DNA from: a virus
Length of the DNA stretch: 64,000 nt
Reading direction: 5' to 3' (one strand)
Virus record (IMG/VR): IMGVR_UViG_3300032032_000001
Coordinates: 84,365-148,364 of that record
Positions 33,544 to 44,700 of the stretch are shown one piece after another (within the stretch, counting starts at the first letter, position 1; each line of letters begins with the position of its first letter). The notes beneath the pieces were generated by a model. The model worked only from the letters and a program-made list of their open reading frames with translations, was not told the origin of the DNA and ran no database searches. The translations under genes and the position numbers were made by a program.

Positions 33544-35523
33544 CTAAATGACACAGGTGTCCCCATCACAAAACTTTTCGGTAACCTCATGCCTTGAATT
33601 GCTGAAGTCAATGTCGGTTGTTTGTGATGTCATAGTTTCATATTGATCTTTTGTGATCTCAATATACGGAGCCTGGACGTACCCATGGTCACCATCCATC
33701 AAAGGAAGAAGAGACACAGACTTTAGCCTAGTCTCATAAATCTCTAGACATGTCTTAATGTCCTGAGACTCATCTTTCTTAAACGTCACAGTGATGCTTA
33801 CCTGATTGTCGGCCCAATGCTTCTGAAGGTCCCCCGCGTTCGCGAACTGCTCCCAGATGGTTACATCAGACTTACCCTTTTGGTAGTGCTCTTCTTTAAC
33901 CGGGAAGCTGATACATGATGTGTCCGACGCGTAAGCGTCTTTCTCAACAAGGTACCCAGCCTTCGCCGCAGCGTCTACAAGCGGCGACGTGTTCGCCACC
34001 CGAATATTTCTTATGTAATACTCGCTGTGTGGGTAGTGAATTCCCGGACTTGCGCCACACAGAAGACTAACCGTACCACTAGGCTTAACGCTCGTGACCT
34101 TGATTGATCTGGGGATACATAACCACTCGCTATACATCCTATCCAGATCTCGTATAAATCCATACCCGGAGTCGCACCACTTAAGGAACTCTCTCCGACC
34201 ATGCTTGTTCATCGCTTGGACGATGCCACTCATAGAACACCCGATTCTCCGATTCCGCATCATTACAGCGTTTGTTCTAGGATCGTGTGTGGGAAGCAGC
34301 GTAACCGTTTTGGCGTACAGGTACGCAAACTTGAGGGTTCTCTGGTAGTCTTCAAGATCCTCATGGTGCGCGGGAAAGGTTTCAACAAGACAACAAAGCT
34401 CGAAGGACTCAAGCGTCTGTTCCGAGCAAGGGTTGCTACCCATAGCTCTAACATCGTAGTTGTTCTTGTTTCCGTCCATTCTTCGGTAGTGCTGCATGTT
34501 ATCCAACCAGATAACCCCAGGCTCCCCGTTCACAGCAATCGACTCGGCAATCGACTCGTAGTCCATCCCGATATGCCCGAACACGGAGTTGTTTGAGGCC
34601 CACCGGCGGTCACGAAGAGCTTCCTCGTCCTGCTTCAGGGTCACAAACTCTTGGTCAGTCGCTTCCCCAAACATGATCTCAGCAGTTCTACGGATACCAC
34701 CACTTACGACGCACTTACCTACAAAGTTGAAAATATCAACAATGACCGAGCTTGTAATCTTATAAGACTCCCCATTCCTAGGCATCAGGAGTGCGGACAG
34801 GTTATCTACCAGATCCACCAACGGCTGCGGGCCAGAGGCCACACCGCCGAACCCGTTGATCTTAGCCCCACGGGGCCTGACCTTAGAGTAGTCGATATTC
34901 TTTGGGTAGTAGCCTTTTCCAACGAAGCTATAAAGAATCACTTTAGCAAGCTCAACCCAACCCTCCCTTGAATCATCCACAACGTAGGGCTCGTCGGAAA
35001 ACCGAGGCACCTGTATTCTAACCTTACCAGCGCCCTTACAGTCACCACCGACACCCACTCCCAGCATGGACATGTCCATAAGGAATGTGAACGGCGCAGC
35101 AAAGTCTACGTCAATTTCTTCCGTGCTAACGAAAGCACAGTTATTTAGTGCGGCTGACCCCTTGGTCATCACCATATCTGTTCCCATGACCCACAGGCCC
35201 CTTCCGGGCGGGAGCCACTTAAATCCCCACATGCGCTCAAACATCTCCTGGGCGCTCTTCTGAGCCTTGGGCTCATTCCATGGAAGCCGCAAAGACCTAC
35301 AGTGTAATTTCTGGACGTTATACACGCCCTCGACTACTCTCTTACATGTTTGCCAGAACTCTTCAGTGCCCCCTTCTTCAAGAGGCCTTGCATATGTACG
35401 TTTGAATGTGAAATAACCCAGAGGGCCCCATTTGGGCTGCTCCCCCATGTAGTCCTCAATAAAAGATGAACTGAGGGTGAAAATTCTCACCTTCCTCTCA
35501 TCAGGCTGCTGATTAAATACCAT
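33544..35523 (-). CDS. nrdJ: Class II (adenosylcobalamin-dependent) ribonucleotide reductase
   Basis: RTYAR, LPPGRGLW, LNNCAF, NPCSEQ...LCCL, TSVKPSGTVS, C-terminal FCDGDTC. Confidence 0.92.
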   Translation of the reverse strand: MVFNQQPDERKVRIFTLSSSFIEDYMGEQPKWGPLGYFTFKRTYARPLEEGGTEEFWQTCKRVVEGVYNVQKLHCRSLRLPWNEPKAQKSAQEMFERMWGFKWLPPGRGLWVMGTDMVMTKGSAALNNCAFVSTEEIDVDFAAPFTFLMDMSMLGVGVGGDCKGAGKVRIQVPRFSDEPYVVDDSREGWVELAKVILYSFVGKGYYPKNIDYSKVRPRGAKINGFGGVASGPQPLVDLVDNLSALLMPRNGESYKITSSVIVDIFNFVGKCVVSGGIRRTAEIMFGEATDQEFVTLKQDEEALRDRRWASNNSVFGHIGMDYESIAESIAVNGEPGVIWLDNMQHYRRMDGNKNNYDVRAMGSNPCSEQTLESFELCCLVETFPAHHEDLEDYQRTLKFAYLYAKTVTLLPTHDPRTNAVMMRNRRIGCSMSGIVQAMNKHGRREFLKWCDSGYGFIRDLDRMYSEWLCIPRSIKVTSVKPSGTVSLLCGASPGIHYPHSEYYIRNIRVANTSPLVDAAAKAGYLVEKDAYASDTSCISFPVKEEHYQKGKSDVTIWEQFANAGDLQKHWADNQVSITVTFKKDESQDIKTCLEIYETRLKSVSLLPLMDGDHGYVQAPYIEITKDQYETMTSQTTDIDFSNSRHEVTEKFCDGDTCVI

Positions 35524-35602
35524 TTAGCTCCTCCTTATATTTCTCGGTAGTTTCGGTATATTGTATTAGAAATGTATCTATATTGATGTAGTTATTGTGT
35601 GC

Positions 35603-35630
35603 GCAGTATCCCCCGCCTTGTTGGTATAAG
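35603..35630 (+). promoter_or_regulatory. Promoter GCAG-N16-GGTATAAG
   Basis: Variant of recurrent motif. Confidence 0.65.
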
Positions 35631-35665
35631 CACTTCGGAAACCCCAACCAACAGGAGGATAACAC

Positions 35666-36277
35666 ATGTATCCAAAGGAAAGAATTCTACGCGAGTTTCT
35701 TCGCAATGATTCAGGAGCGCTTAGTAAAAACTATATAGACATTCTTCGCAATTTCTACGGAGAAGACTTAGCAAGGCTAAGTTTTATCCATAGTATTGAG
35801 AGACTTGTCAACACTGGTCAACTCTTTAAACAAGAAGACTGCTTAGCGGAAGGCTACAGGCCTTACGCGGTGCTCAATACTGTGGGGAATAGATCCCTGT
35901 GTGAGAGTATGTTCTACACAACCGGCCCGTACATTGTACACCAACGCTCGCCAATCATTGCTATGATAGCGGGGGCTAACTCGTTGTTCGTAGAATCAGG
36001 GAACGCCAAGAAGGAGAATCTCCCAAGCATGGCCACACCCGTTGCCTATAATGCCGGAAGACTAGGGTCGGCACTGGACCTGTTTCTAAGTGCGGCTCCC
36101 TCTGAAGAGGAGCGCAGCGCCCTGCAAAACGCTGCGCAGAACATCCACAAGGCATATATTAGTAAGGTCTACGACCGATTATCCGTGCAGGAGTATACTA
36201 ATCTCGATCTACTAATATCCTCTGTTGATGAGGATGCGTTATTTGCGCGTGATAATTGGAGAGCATGGATTAGTTAG
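35666..36277 (+). CDS. Hypothetical protein
   Basis: AGGAGG SD; followed by hairpin at about 36299-36338. Confidence 0.65.
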   Translation: MYPKERILREFLRNDSGALSKNYIDILRNFYGEDLARLSFIHSIERLVNTGQLFKQEDCLAEGYRPYAVLNTVGNRSLCESMFYTTGPYIVHQRSPIIAMIAGANSLFVESGNAKKENLPSMATPVAYNAGRLGSALDLFLSAAPSEEERSALQNAAQNIHKAYISKVYDRLSVQEYTNLDLLISSVDEDALFARDNWRAWIS

Positions 36278-36445
36278 CAGACTACGGATTTTAAAGATGA
36301 GCCTCTCCCCGCCATGAAATACTGGTGGGGGGAGGCATCACTTGGAACGCACCTTTATTAGCTACCACCGGATTATACTGCGCCTACCGGTCGGTCCCTG
36401 CGGATAACCGCAGTTTGTGTGTTCTAGACGCTGGCGGAGGCGCAC

Positions 36446-37936
36446 TTGGAAGAAAATATACCAGAGTCGTGGATATCCCTTGAGAGGGAGTATGGCGACC
36501 GGCTGCTCAGGCAGTTACGGAACAGGGAGTGGCGTGCTGTACACAAGCGGTACGGTGATCGTTTTGGGATGGACTACGAAGAGTTAGTCGCCTGGGGAAA
36601 ATGGGTTAGGTTCAGTAGAGCGGAAACCGAAGAGATGACGCCCCCTCCTACCCCAGAAGACGCGGGTGAGCCTGAACAAGCATCATATGTCAGCGACAGC
36701 CGATACTGGTTTGACTCTGATCGGGATGTTTATATCACTTTCATACCCGGCGTACCCCAACCCCTAGAAGTCCCAGGCGCTGTCCACAGAGACATGCTCC
36801 GAGCCTACTCAAACTTTGACGGCAAGCCCGCTACAATCAACGAGATATGTAGAGAGTTTAAAATGCCACGCTCGTGGTTTGAGAAGTACAAGCGTATCCA
36901 CGGATGGACAAAAGACCACGAACCATTCACCCCAGATGAGATGATGGAGCGAGACGAGGGCGACCTCCTAAATGAGGCCCTACAGCTCAGGCGGGCGAAC
37001 TTCTATCGCAAGTTCGAACAGGAGAAATGGAAAGAGGTCCAAGTAGAGGCGAAGAAGTGGAGAGAGTTTGAGGACCATGTATTCAGGAAGATCCTGGATG
37101 TCATTGGTGACCGCAAGCCCCCCAAGCCCGCAAAGATAAAAATAAAACCAGCGAGGGCTCCATACGCTGCCATTGTTGGGCTCTCCGATTTCCATTGGGG
37201 CAAGTATTCCGATGATGAGAACTGGGAGTTTTACGACCGAAAGATTGCTAGAAAAAGACTGTTCTCCTGCACAGAGGATGTTCTATCCAGACTGATCCAA
37301 TTTGGGACACCAGAAAAGTTCATCGTCCCTATAGGCAGTGATTTTCTTAACATCGATAACGACCTAAAGAACACAACAAGGGGGACACCCCAAGACTCCG
37401 ATGGGAACTTTTATGACATCATCGAGACTGCATGTGTTTTAATGGAGGAGTGGATTGAGACTCTAAGGCAAATAGCGCCTGTGCAACTCGTACTAATGAG
37501 TGGCAACCACGACCGAGCCATGGGGTATGTCTTGCTTCTGTACCTGAGCGCCTTCTACAAAAACGCCGCTGACGTGACAGTGGTCAAAGACAAACAACCC
37601 AGACAATACGTTGCCTACGGAAAGAACCTGATCGGTCTTGTCCACGGCGATGGTGTATCAAAAACCAAAGATTTAGCCGGTCATATGGCCAGGGAAGCAG
37701 CAAAAGATTGGGCGAAATGTCCATACCGTACAATCTATACGGGTCATTTGCATTATGAAAAAACGGAGACCGATGTAGCATATGGAGTAACGCGCCGCCA
37801 ACTTCCTTCCCTGTCAGGCCCCGACAGGTGGCACGCACGATCTGGCTATGTTGGGGCCCCTAAGAGCCTCCCCTTGTATTTACACGATAAAGAGCGTGGC
37901 CTAGTTGCTGTTATCCATGGCCCACCAACTGAGTAA
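36446..37936 (+). CDS. Calcineurin-like metallophosphoesterase with N-terminal extension
   Basis: SDFH, GSD, GNHD, HGD, GHLH motifs. Confidence 0.85.
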   Translation: MEENIPESWISLEREYGDRLLRQLRNREWRAVHKRYGDRFGMDYEELVAWGKWVRFSRAETEEMTPPPTPEDAGEPEQASYVSDSRYWFDSDRDVYITFIPGVPQPLEVPGAVHRDMLRAYSNFDGKPATINEICREFKMPRSWFEKYKRIHGWTKDHEPFTPDEMMERDEGDLLNEALQLRRANFYRKFEQEKWKEVQVEAKKWREFEDHVFRKILDVIGDRKPPKPAKIKIKPARAPYAAIVGLSDFHWGKYSDDENWEFYDRKIARKRLFSCTEDVLSRLIQFGTPEKFIVPIGSDFLNIDNDLKNTTRGTPQDSDGNFYDIIETACVLMEEWIETLRQIAPVQLVLMSGNHDRAMGYVLLLYLSAFYKNAADVTVVKDKQPRQYVAYGKNLIGLVHGDGVSKTKDLAGHMAREAAKDWAKCPYRTIYTGHLHYEKTETDVAYGVTRRQLPSLSGPDRWHARSGYVGAPKSLPLYLHDKERGLVAVIHGPPTE

Positions 37937-37972
37937 AAAAAAGAGAGCGGGGGGACTATACCCCCCCGCTCC
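37935..37972. terminator. Terminator between convergent genes
   Basis: A-run then GAGCGGGGG...CCCCCGCTC. Confidence 0.7.
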
Positions 37973-37975
37973 TAT

Positions 37976-39232
37976 TTATCGTTTATCACAATTCTCAAAC
38001 CTGATAGGGCCGTCATAGATTTCCCCAAGGTCTTTGATTACCTTGGAACGCACCATGTTGTAGTACTCCCTCAATTGGTCATCAGTAGCCCCGGGTAACT
38101 CTCTCAGCATTAGCTGCCGAGAAACCGTACCCTCTGGGCCATCTAGGTGGGGGAAACTTATTGCTAAGGCCTTTTCCAGGATGGCATCTCTAGGCAGAGG
38201 TGCGGGACACATATCACCAGTTCCGAAATTGTATGGGTTGATCACTTCGATACCACCCCTGTCTGGGATAACTTCTTCTTCCCACGCTTTTTCGCGCTCA
38301 AGCTCGTTCCGATAGAACCCAATCTGGCCCTTTATATGTCCAACGTCTTTGCCTTCCTTGGCAGCCTCATCGAGCAATTTCTCAAGCTCGTTTAGGGCAA
38401 CAGCAGAATCGCGGTAGGGATCATCATCCCTGGACCCGAACCTGAAAAGCTTTGAACAATCGATATCCGAGTACCCCATGAACCACCTAGATAGCTCGCG
38501 GTACTTGATGGCACAGATCTTCCAATTCATTGTTGAGATCATTGGGTCCAAGGCCGTCACTGTCATGGTTGGGTTGGACTTCGGATCATAGATAGAAACC
38601 CTGGTGATTGCTCGTGCTGGGATATCTGACATAACAGCAACGTTGCCCAAGCCCGATAGAGACTCATCCCAAAGGTGGGAAAACCTGTGAGGGTTGTCGC
38701 GAAAGAACGAGGTTCTCTCAACCATGCCCCCTTCCCACGGAAACCCCTTGAAAAGGTCCGATACCCCCAACTCTTTGGCCTGCTCCTCAGTCATGCCCCT
38801 GGACGACTGCTCAAGCCAATCCTCGTCAGGGACCACATCCTTGTTAGCATACCAGGGGGACAACCTTGTCCCCACGCGTGTTGAACCACTGGTCAAGATG
38901 GTGTCCAGATCAACTTCAATAATTCCCCATTTCTCCCCATCACCAGCCGCCTGGGATGCAAAGTACGGGGCATATCCTTGAGTTAAGTACACACGATCAG
39001 ACCCAGAGGGAACAGTGTGATCCCAGTTACCTTCAGACCCAGTAACGTCTCGGCGGAGTATGCCGGACTTCAAGGCCGCACGAGCTACTTTTTCAGAGGT
39101 CCCGTGGTACACCTTGGTCCCCTCATGCCTGCCCTCTGTCTTGCCCTTCATTCTCTCTAGCTGCTCAGCCATTGATTCGCCGTTAACTAATTCTTCAAAT
39201 TTATTCTTTGGCATCACAAACTCCCTGTTCAA
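37976..39232 (-). CDS. ADP-ribosyltransferase-fold protein (putative)
   Basis: YHGTS...ALKSGI...VYLT...APYFA...IIEVD pattern. Confidence 0.6.
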   Translation of the reverse strand: MNREFVMPKNKFEELVNGESMAEQLERMKGKTEGRHEGTKVYHGTSEKVARAALKSGILRRDVTGSEGNWDHTVPSGSDRVYLTQGYAPYFASQAAGDGEKWGIIEVDLDTILTSGSTRVGTRLSPWYANKDVVPDEDWLEQSSRGMTEEQAKELGVSDLFKGFPWEGGMVERTSFFRDNPHRFSHLWDESLSGLGNVAVMSDIPARAITRVSIYDPKSNPTMTVTALDPMISTMNWKICAIKYRELSRWFMGYSDIDCSKLFRFGSRDDDPYRDSAVALNELEKLLDEAAKEGKDVGHIKGQIGFYRNELEREKAWEEEVIPDRGGIEVINPYNFGTGDMCPAPLPRDAILEKALAISFPHLDGPEGTVSRQLMLRELPGATDDQLREYYNMVRSKVIKDLGEIYDGPIRFENCDKR

Positions 39233-39464
39233 TTAGTGAATTGGCCGTTCGACCGTAGTGCCCTTGTAGCTGCCAACACAGACCTGAATTAATAAGCTCC
39301 TGGAAAAAACTGACGACCTCGTCATCACTCATCTCGCCGGACTCATATCTCATGATGCTAGTCACAAGAGCGTTATTTTTTGATGCCCCTCCGTCTCCGG
39401 AGGAACCCTTAGTATTATTAGGTGTGATGTCATTTTCTTCTGACCAGCCTTGTTCTTTTGTCAT
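39201..39464 (-). CDS. Small conserved phage protein
   Basis: AGGAG SD; YESGE...FQELINSGLCWQLQGHYGRTA. Confidence 0.65.
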   Translation of the reverse strand: MTKEQGWSEENDITPNNTKGSSGDGGASKNNALVTSIMRYESGEMSDDEVVSFFQELINSGLCWQLQGHYGRTANSLIEQGVCDAKE

Positions 39465-39712
39465 TAACTTCTCCTTTGGAGGGTTGAAGTGGGCGATCTC
39501 CTGCGAGATCAGCCAGCAAGTTCGAAGGTACGAGGGTATGTCGTATCGAACGGTTGATATTTTTAAGATAAACGGGGCCATGTGCGCCGAAGAGGCGCTG
39601 TCAGGTCCTGAGTGGAAAAAATTACTAAAAGACGCTGGCGGCCTAGATGACTTTTGGGACATCACCGCCGAGCATCTTTTAATGATAGCGAGCGCTTCTT
39701 CTATGAAGCCCG

Positions 39713-40051
39713 CTAGCGCTTAAGGATGTCTTCAACCTCGCCACGAGAATTCACGGCTGTCAGTTTAAAGACCGTCAACTCATCCGGGATAGGCTTATCC
39801 ATTTGAAGGTTGAAATAGATCCTAGGGTTGTGCTGGAACATGAGGGACCCACGTTGACCAGTAGACTTCTCCGTCACCGATATGAACGGAGCAAGGAAGC
39901 CCTCTATAACGAAGTCCTCCTGCAACTCTATCGTGTCCCACACTTTTCCGAACTCGCGTTCGAGTTCCTCCCTGCTTCTTTTAGTTTCATTTATTTCTTT
40001 AACAAGCTCACGTCGCTTGTCTTCTAACAGTTCATCGTCAGTCATCTTCAT
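39713..40051 (-). CDS. Hypothetical phage protein
   Basis: GAGGAGG SD; GFLAPF...GSLMFQHNPRIYF. Confidence 0.65.
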   Translation of the reverse strand: MKMTDDELLEDKRRELVKEINETKRSREELEREFGKVWDTIELQEDFVIEGFLAPFISVTEKSTGQRGSLMFQHNPRIYFNLQMDKPIPDELTVFKLTAVNSRGEVEDILKR

Positions 40052-40204
40052 CCTCCTCGAAGTTTACGTTGAAATATATAAATACAACGCCGGATGCGAT
40101 AACCATCGCGGCGAGAACTAAGTCTTCCATATAAAGTCCCCTGAGGAGAGCGCGTGACCCTCATTCAAAGCCTGCTCTCCCCAGGAAACTCTATGGGATA
40201 TTTT

Positions 40205-41731
40205 TTAGATAGCAACCGCTTTATCTACGGAGTCAATAGCTAGGTACTCAATGAGATCCCTAAGCTCTTCCACCGTGTACGGCTTACCTTTTGTTCCACG
40301 GCTGTGGATGTATTTATGGCATTCGTAACAGACTGGCACCAGATCCTTAACTGGATCCACTACGTGCTCCACGCCGTTGCGGGAATGGATGGGGTTGACG
40401 TGATGAACCTGTAGGTATCTTTCGACCAAGCTTCCCAATTTATGGTGCTCCCCCGGAGCATAGTCACAGACCTGACAAACAAACCCGTAATGGTCTAAGC
40501 AGGCTGCTCTCGCCTTTGGGTCTCGTTCGTAACTGGTCAACTTGACTTCCTTAGCCTTACCCTCTTTGAAGATGTAGTTAGCTAAGAGCCTGTGCTTCTC
40601 TTCACATGCCATCGTGAAACCGTACTCATGTGCACCCTCGTACGCAGGCTCTGCGTCCGGATTACAAAGGGTAGGTTTCACCCAGCGTGTGATCAAAGAC
40701 CTAATAGGCTTATCGTCGTAAACAGAGCTTTGCCAGTTCTCGTAAGGGATTACTTCGCCGACTAAGTCGTGACCGGATGGGTACTTCTTAGGACCAGTCC
40801 AGAATCGGTGTTCGTGCCCACGACGCCACCGCCGTTTCTTCTCCCACGTAAATCCCTCTACTTCTGTGATTTCTGACTCTTCACGCTCACCAACATACGT
40901 AACACTTCTTGGGCTAACCCTATTAAGCATGGTTTTGTAGATACGGGCTTTCTTACTGTTGGGCTTTTTACAGCGCCTGAGCTTGCCCTTCCACTTCCTA
41001 CGCTCATTGATACCAGTAATATCCTCTCGAACACTGGGGTCCTCGGTTTGCAGATACATAAGCATCGAAGCAAACACTCGGTAAATAGACATGAAGGTTT
41101 TACCGTTCTCTATGTTTCTCGCATCAGAAAGCTCCGCTCCAGGAGAGGAAGCATTTCTGGCAGGCTCGGAACACACAAAGTTAACGTAGTCACCAACACA
41201 CTCAAAATCCCTGAAGCAAGTCACCAGATTCATCTTAAGGAAGAACTTTGACCCAAACTCCCCATCCCTTCCCTCTGCGTGAAGAAATAGGATGAGATTG
41301 TCTACATCTTTATCGGATTTATTATCCCTTAATACGTAGAACCCTGAGATTGGGTAGTAGCACTCGTCGTATAAACTCCACAGGCTCCAACCGCATTTTC
41401 TCAGGTTAACGTAGAAGCATGGGAACGGGAGCTTCTCAAGCTCCTCCATCCCAACCTTGCTTATGTCGGTAGCCTCTAGCTTTTCCTGCATAATCTTGGG
41501 GAGGCAGAAAACCTGCTGACCCCACTTGTTGTAGTCGAGCATACAATGGATCTCATTCTTAAAGACCTCATCGTATGGACCACTCATAAATTCGGACGCT
41601 AACCAGTCGGCGACGCTGCCATTACCCATACCGGCTTTGCCGATGTGCGTGGCAACCATCAGACCCTTTGCGGTGTCTGGGTTTATATCTATTAACCAAT
41701 CATAGTGTGGTGTCGGGTATGTGGGATCCAT
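40205..41731 (-). CDS. Protein with C-terminal McrA-like HNH nuclease domain
   Basis: YERDPKAR..CL.HYG..CQVC...VHHVNP...DLVPVCYECH..IH. Confidence 0.75.
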   Translation of the reverse strand: MDPTYPTPHYDWLIDINPDTAKGLMVATHIGKAGMGNGSVADWLASEFMSGPYDEVFKNEIHCMLDYNKWGQQVFCLPKIMQEKLEATDISKVGMEELEKLPFPCFYVNLRKCGWSLWSLYDECYYPISGFYVLRDNKSDKDVDNLILFLHAEGRDGEFGSKFFLKMNLVTCFRDFECVGDYVNFVCSEPARNASSPGAELSDARNIENGKTFMSIYRVFASMLMYLQTEDPSVREDITGINERRKWKGKLRRCKKPNSKKARIYKTMLNRVSPRSVTYVGEREESEITEVEGFTWEKKRRWRRGHEHRFWTGPKKYPSGHDLVGEVIPYENWQSSVYDDKPIRSLITRWVKPTLCNPDAEPAYEGAHEYGFTMACEEKHRLLANYIFKEGKAKEVKLTSYERDPKARAACLDHYGFVCQVCDYAPGEHHKLGSLVERYLQVHHVNPIHSRNGVEHVVDPVKDLVPVCYECHKYIHSRGTKGKPYTVEELRDLIEYLAIDSVDKAVAI

Positions 41732-44700
41732 TACTCAGAAGCCCACCCAAAAAACAGGTACATACGAGTCCCCTTTTTATTCTTTTGCTTGTGTTCGTAT
41801 CCTCTAGATGTGTCCGTCAAATCTAGGCACCCTGCGGGCCCCCATTTGTTATCAATCCTCGGATCACCATTGTCCACCAACTGATTGGCGAACTCGTATG
41901 CGTCTTTTCCCGCAGGTACATTTATAACTTCAAACTCGTTCTTCTCCGCAATTGTGCCCGTGTAGCCGTCCTGACCGTAGTCATAGTTGGCTTGCTCGAC
42001 AGCGCTCGAAAAAGCGCTCTCCGGGTCCTTCCCAAAAGCTTCAGTGAAGAAACACTGTGCTCCCATAGAAAACCTCCATTATTTTGTTTTTCTGAATCGT
42101 AATATATTTCTTACTGCTCTCCCCCAGCGCTTAATTCCACGCCAGAGGGCCTTGAGTTTATCTCCCCACCACAGAACTGTTTGCGCTAGTTCTTTGGCGG
42201 ACTGTTTGTCGTGTATCACTGGCATCACGCGGCCTCCCTTCGTTTCCTGTGTCTTGATCTGGCGTTCTTGTTTGAACATCCTCGGGAGCAATACTTTGAT
42301 CGCTCCCTAGACATATTCTCACACTCAGACCAGCTACAAGAAGTTGTAACTTTGGGGTGGGCAGGTGTCGCCTTGTTTGTTTTCTTTACGATAACCCGTG
42401 CTTCTTTAGCCTCCTGACGAGGCCGGTCACCCATTGAGGGCCGGGTTGAACAATTCGTATACCAGCATTGCTCGGCAGACGCGGGTATCCTTGCGCTGGG
42501 ACAATGTCTTGCGCATACCCATGTATCAAATGTTAGCCATCTAGAGTCTTGGTTTCGTCGCATGGGGTCCAATCCTTAAGCGGTACAATCTCTCTCTGTA
42601 TCAAGGAGAAGTCCCTAATACAGTCCATGAATCTCTTCTCTATACCTATAAAACTACGGACGTTCTGAAGCTGCGCCTCGCACACGTTACCGCTCACGTC
42701 TACAGAGACCGTATAGCAGTAGTCATTGTCGGTAACAGCTTCGTACACAGCGTTATCCCATCCAACAATGACCATCGCTGGGTACTCATCTCCGGAACCT
42801 TGTAGGGCCCGAAACCGAACACCAGCTGCCGCCGCCGCATGTAGATCATCGTTGTGCCCATAGTTTGCTTCGTAGAACGTGTAATCCAGCACACCCTTTG
42901 GAAGGTTACAGGATTGATTAATCTCATCAGGCTCCAGAAGGTTGCCGTCAGAAATTTTATCTATATCATCAGGGTGGATAGTTACCTGTAACCAGCAGCG
43001 ATCACCCATCAGAGTAAACCCCGGGATCTTCAACCCCGGCAGCAATCATCATCATAGGCGAAGCGTACGGACAGGCCGGACAACCAAGATAGGTTCCCCG
43101 CCCCTTTCCACCTTTCAGTGACTCCTGATCTAACTCAAGAGAAACCTCCATAATCTGCTTACAGCCACAGTTCGGGCAGCCGTTAACCAAAACCGGTTTC
43201 ACAGTGCATGGCTTTGCTACCGGTATGCTTGTTGGGCGTCCATTTGGAAGCCCGTAATCCCTATTAAAATCTTTCATTATCTTTTCCTCCTTCTCTTCGA
43301 ATAGTTCGGAAAAGAGCTTTCGCCCCTCCTCTGTTAATTTGACGTATCTTTTTCTCGTAGCAGGCCAACCGATAGCGTGGCCGGTCTCTACTAGGTTACG
43401 AACTGCCCTACACATGGTCGCAGCACTCATGCCGAGAGATTTGAGCAGGTCCTTCTGCCTAGCGCCCGCATAGTCTGGCAAACGGTATAATGCCTTCCCT
43501 ACCCGGATGGCGTTACCAGTTAGTTCTACCGGTACAATCAGCTTATGGCCGCCAATTTCTTGGCCCCCGTGGTAGTTCTTGAGGATCACTACCAGATCCC
43601 TTTGTATAGGCACAGTGGCCCCCCAAATTAGAATTGTTTCATATCATCTCTTTCTAGCCATCAAGCCCGACTACGGTGTACCCCTTGCCCTCTATGAATT
43701 CGAGCGCCTCAGCCTCGATTGCATCGGCAGTGGGCCCGTCGTAGTTGGGGTCCTCAGCGTCTGGATGGTTATCCACCCAGCCAAGGTCTTCAGCAAAGAC
43801 TAGCGTCTCCCCAAAGCCCTCGTAGTTATATATTTTATCTGTCATACACTCATCCTCTCGTTCGTTACTTCTGACTGATACCAGCGGAGTTCCGCCCGGT
43901 TTATCCATCGGCTCTTGCATTCCAAACAAGAGCATCGTTCATATGCCTCTGTCATAGGAGGCTCTTCGTCATTGCCTAGCCCTTCGCTTTCGATATTATC
44001 GCTAGCGCAGACCGGGCACCTTTTTGGTATTACGGTGTCTTCAAACATCTTCCACCTCATAGGTATCGCAAAGACCGAAGGCTTCTGTGCAACCCTCTCG
44101 TTCTATGTCATCAAGCCTCGCCCTAGCTCTTGCAAGCAGGGCAGACATGTTTTCTTTATTGAAGATGGCTTCTCCGTCAGCTTCGGTTTCAATGCTGAAG
44201 GCCATGTCCATCATATGGTTATATTTAGCTGCCATCTTTGGCCTCCTTTTTCCAATGTCCGAAGGCGTCTTCTACCAACTCTTTGGATGGGACTCCCTCG
44301 TCGTCATCATGCCAAGGAGTGCCTTCGTTTAAACAAAAGCCCTCCTCATCGAACAGATCATAGAAACGATCCCTATCCTCGCCAGGATCATCTCCTTGCC
44401 AGCACAGGTACACGTCCACCTTACGACCATATATCTCGTACTCCGCAACACGCTCGCTATGAAGCTTAGCCATTAGTATTCACACGACGTGCTCATCGGG
44501 TCACCAAGCCCATTCAAAGTCTCAGATACCCATCTGTTTAGATCGTAGTGCTCAATTTCTTTAGGTGTGACCACCGCTGCCGTGCCCACCACATACCTGT
44601 ACTTCTCAGCACCAACCTCCATAAACGTGATGGACCACCCATCAGCGATATGGGGTTGTATTTCCGAGAAGATATCTAAGTCGAAATCCTCACCAAGTTC

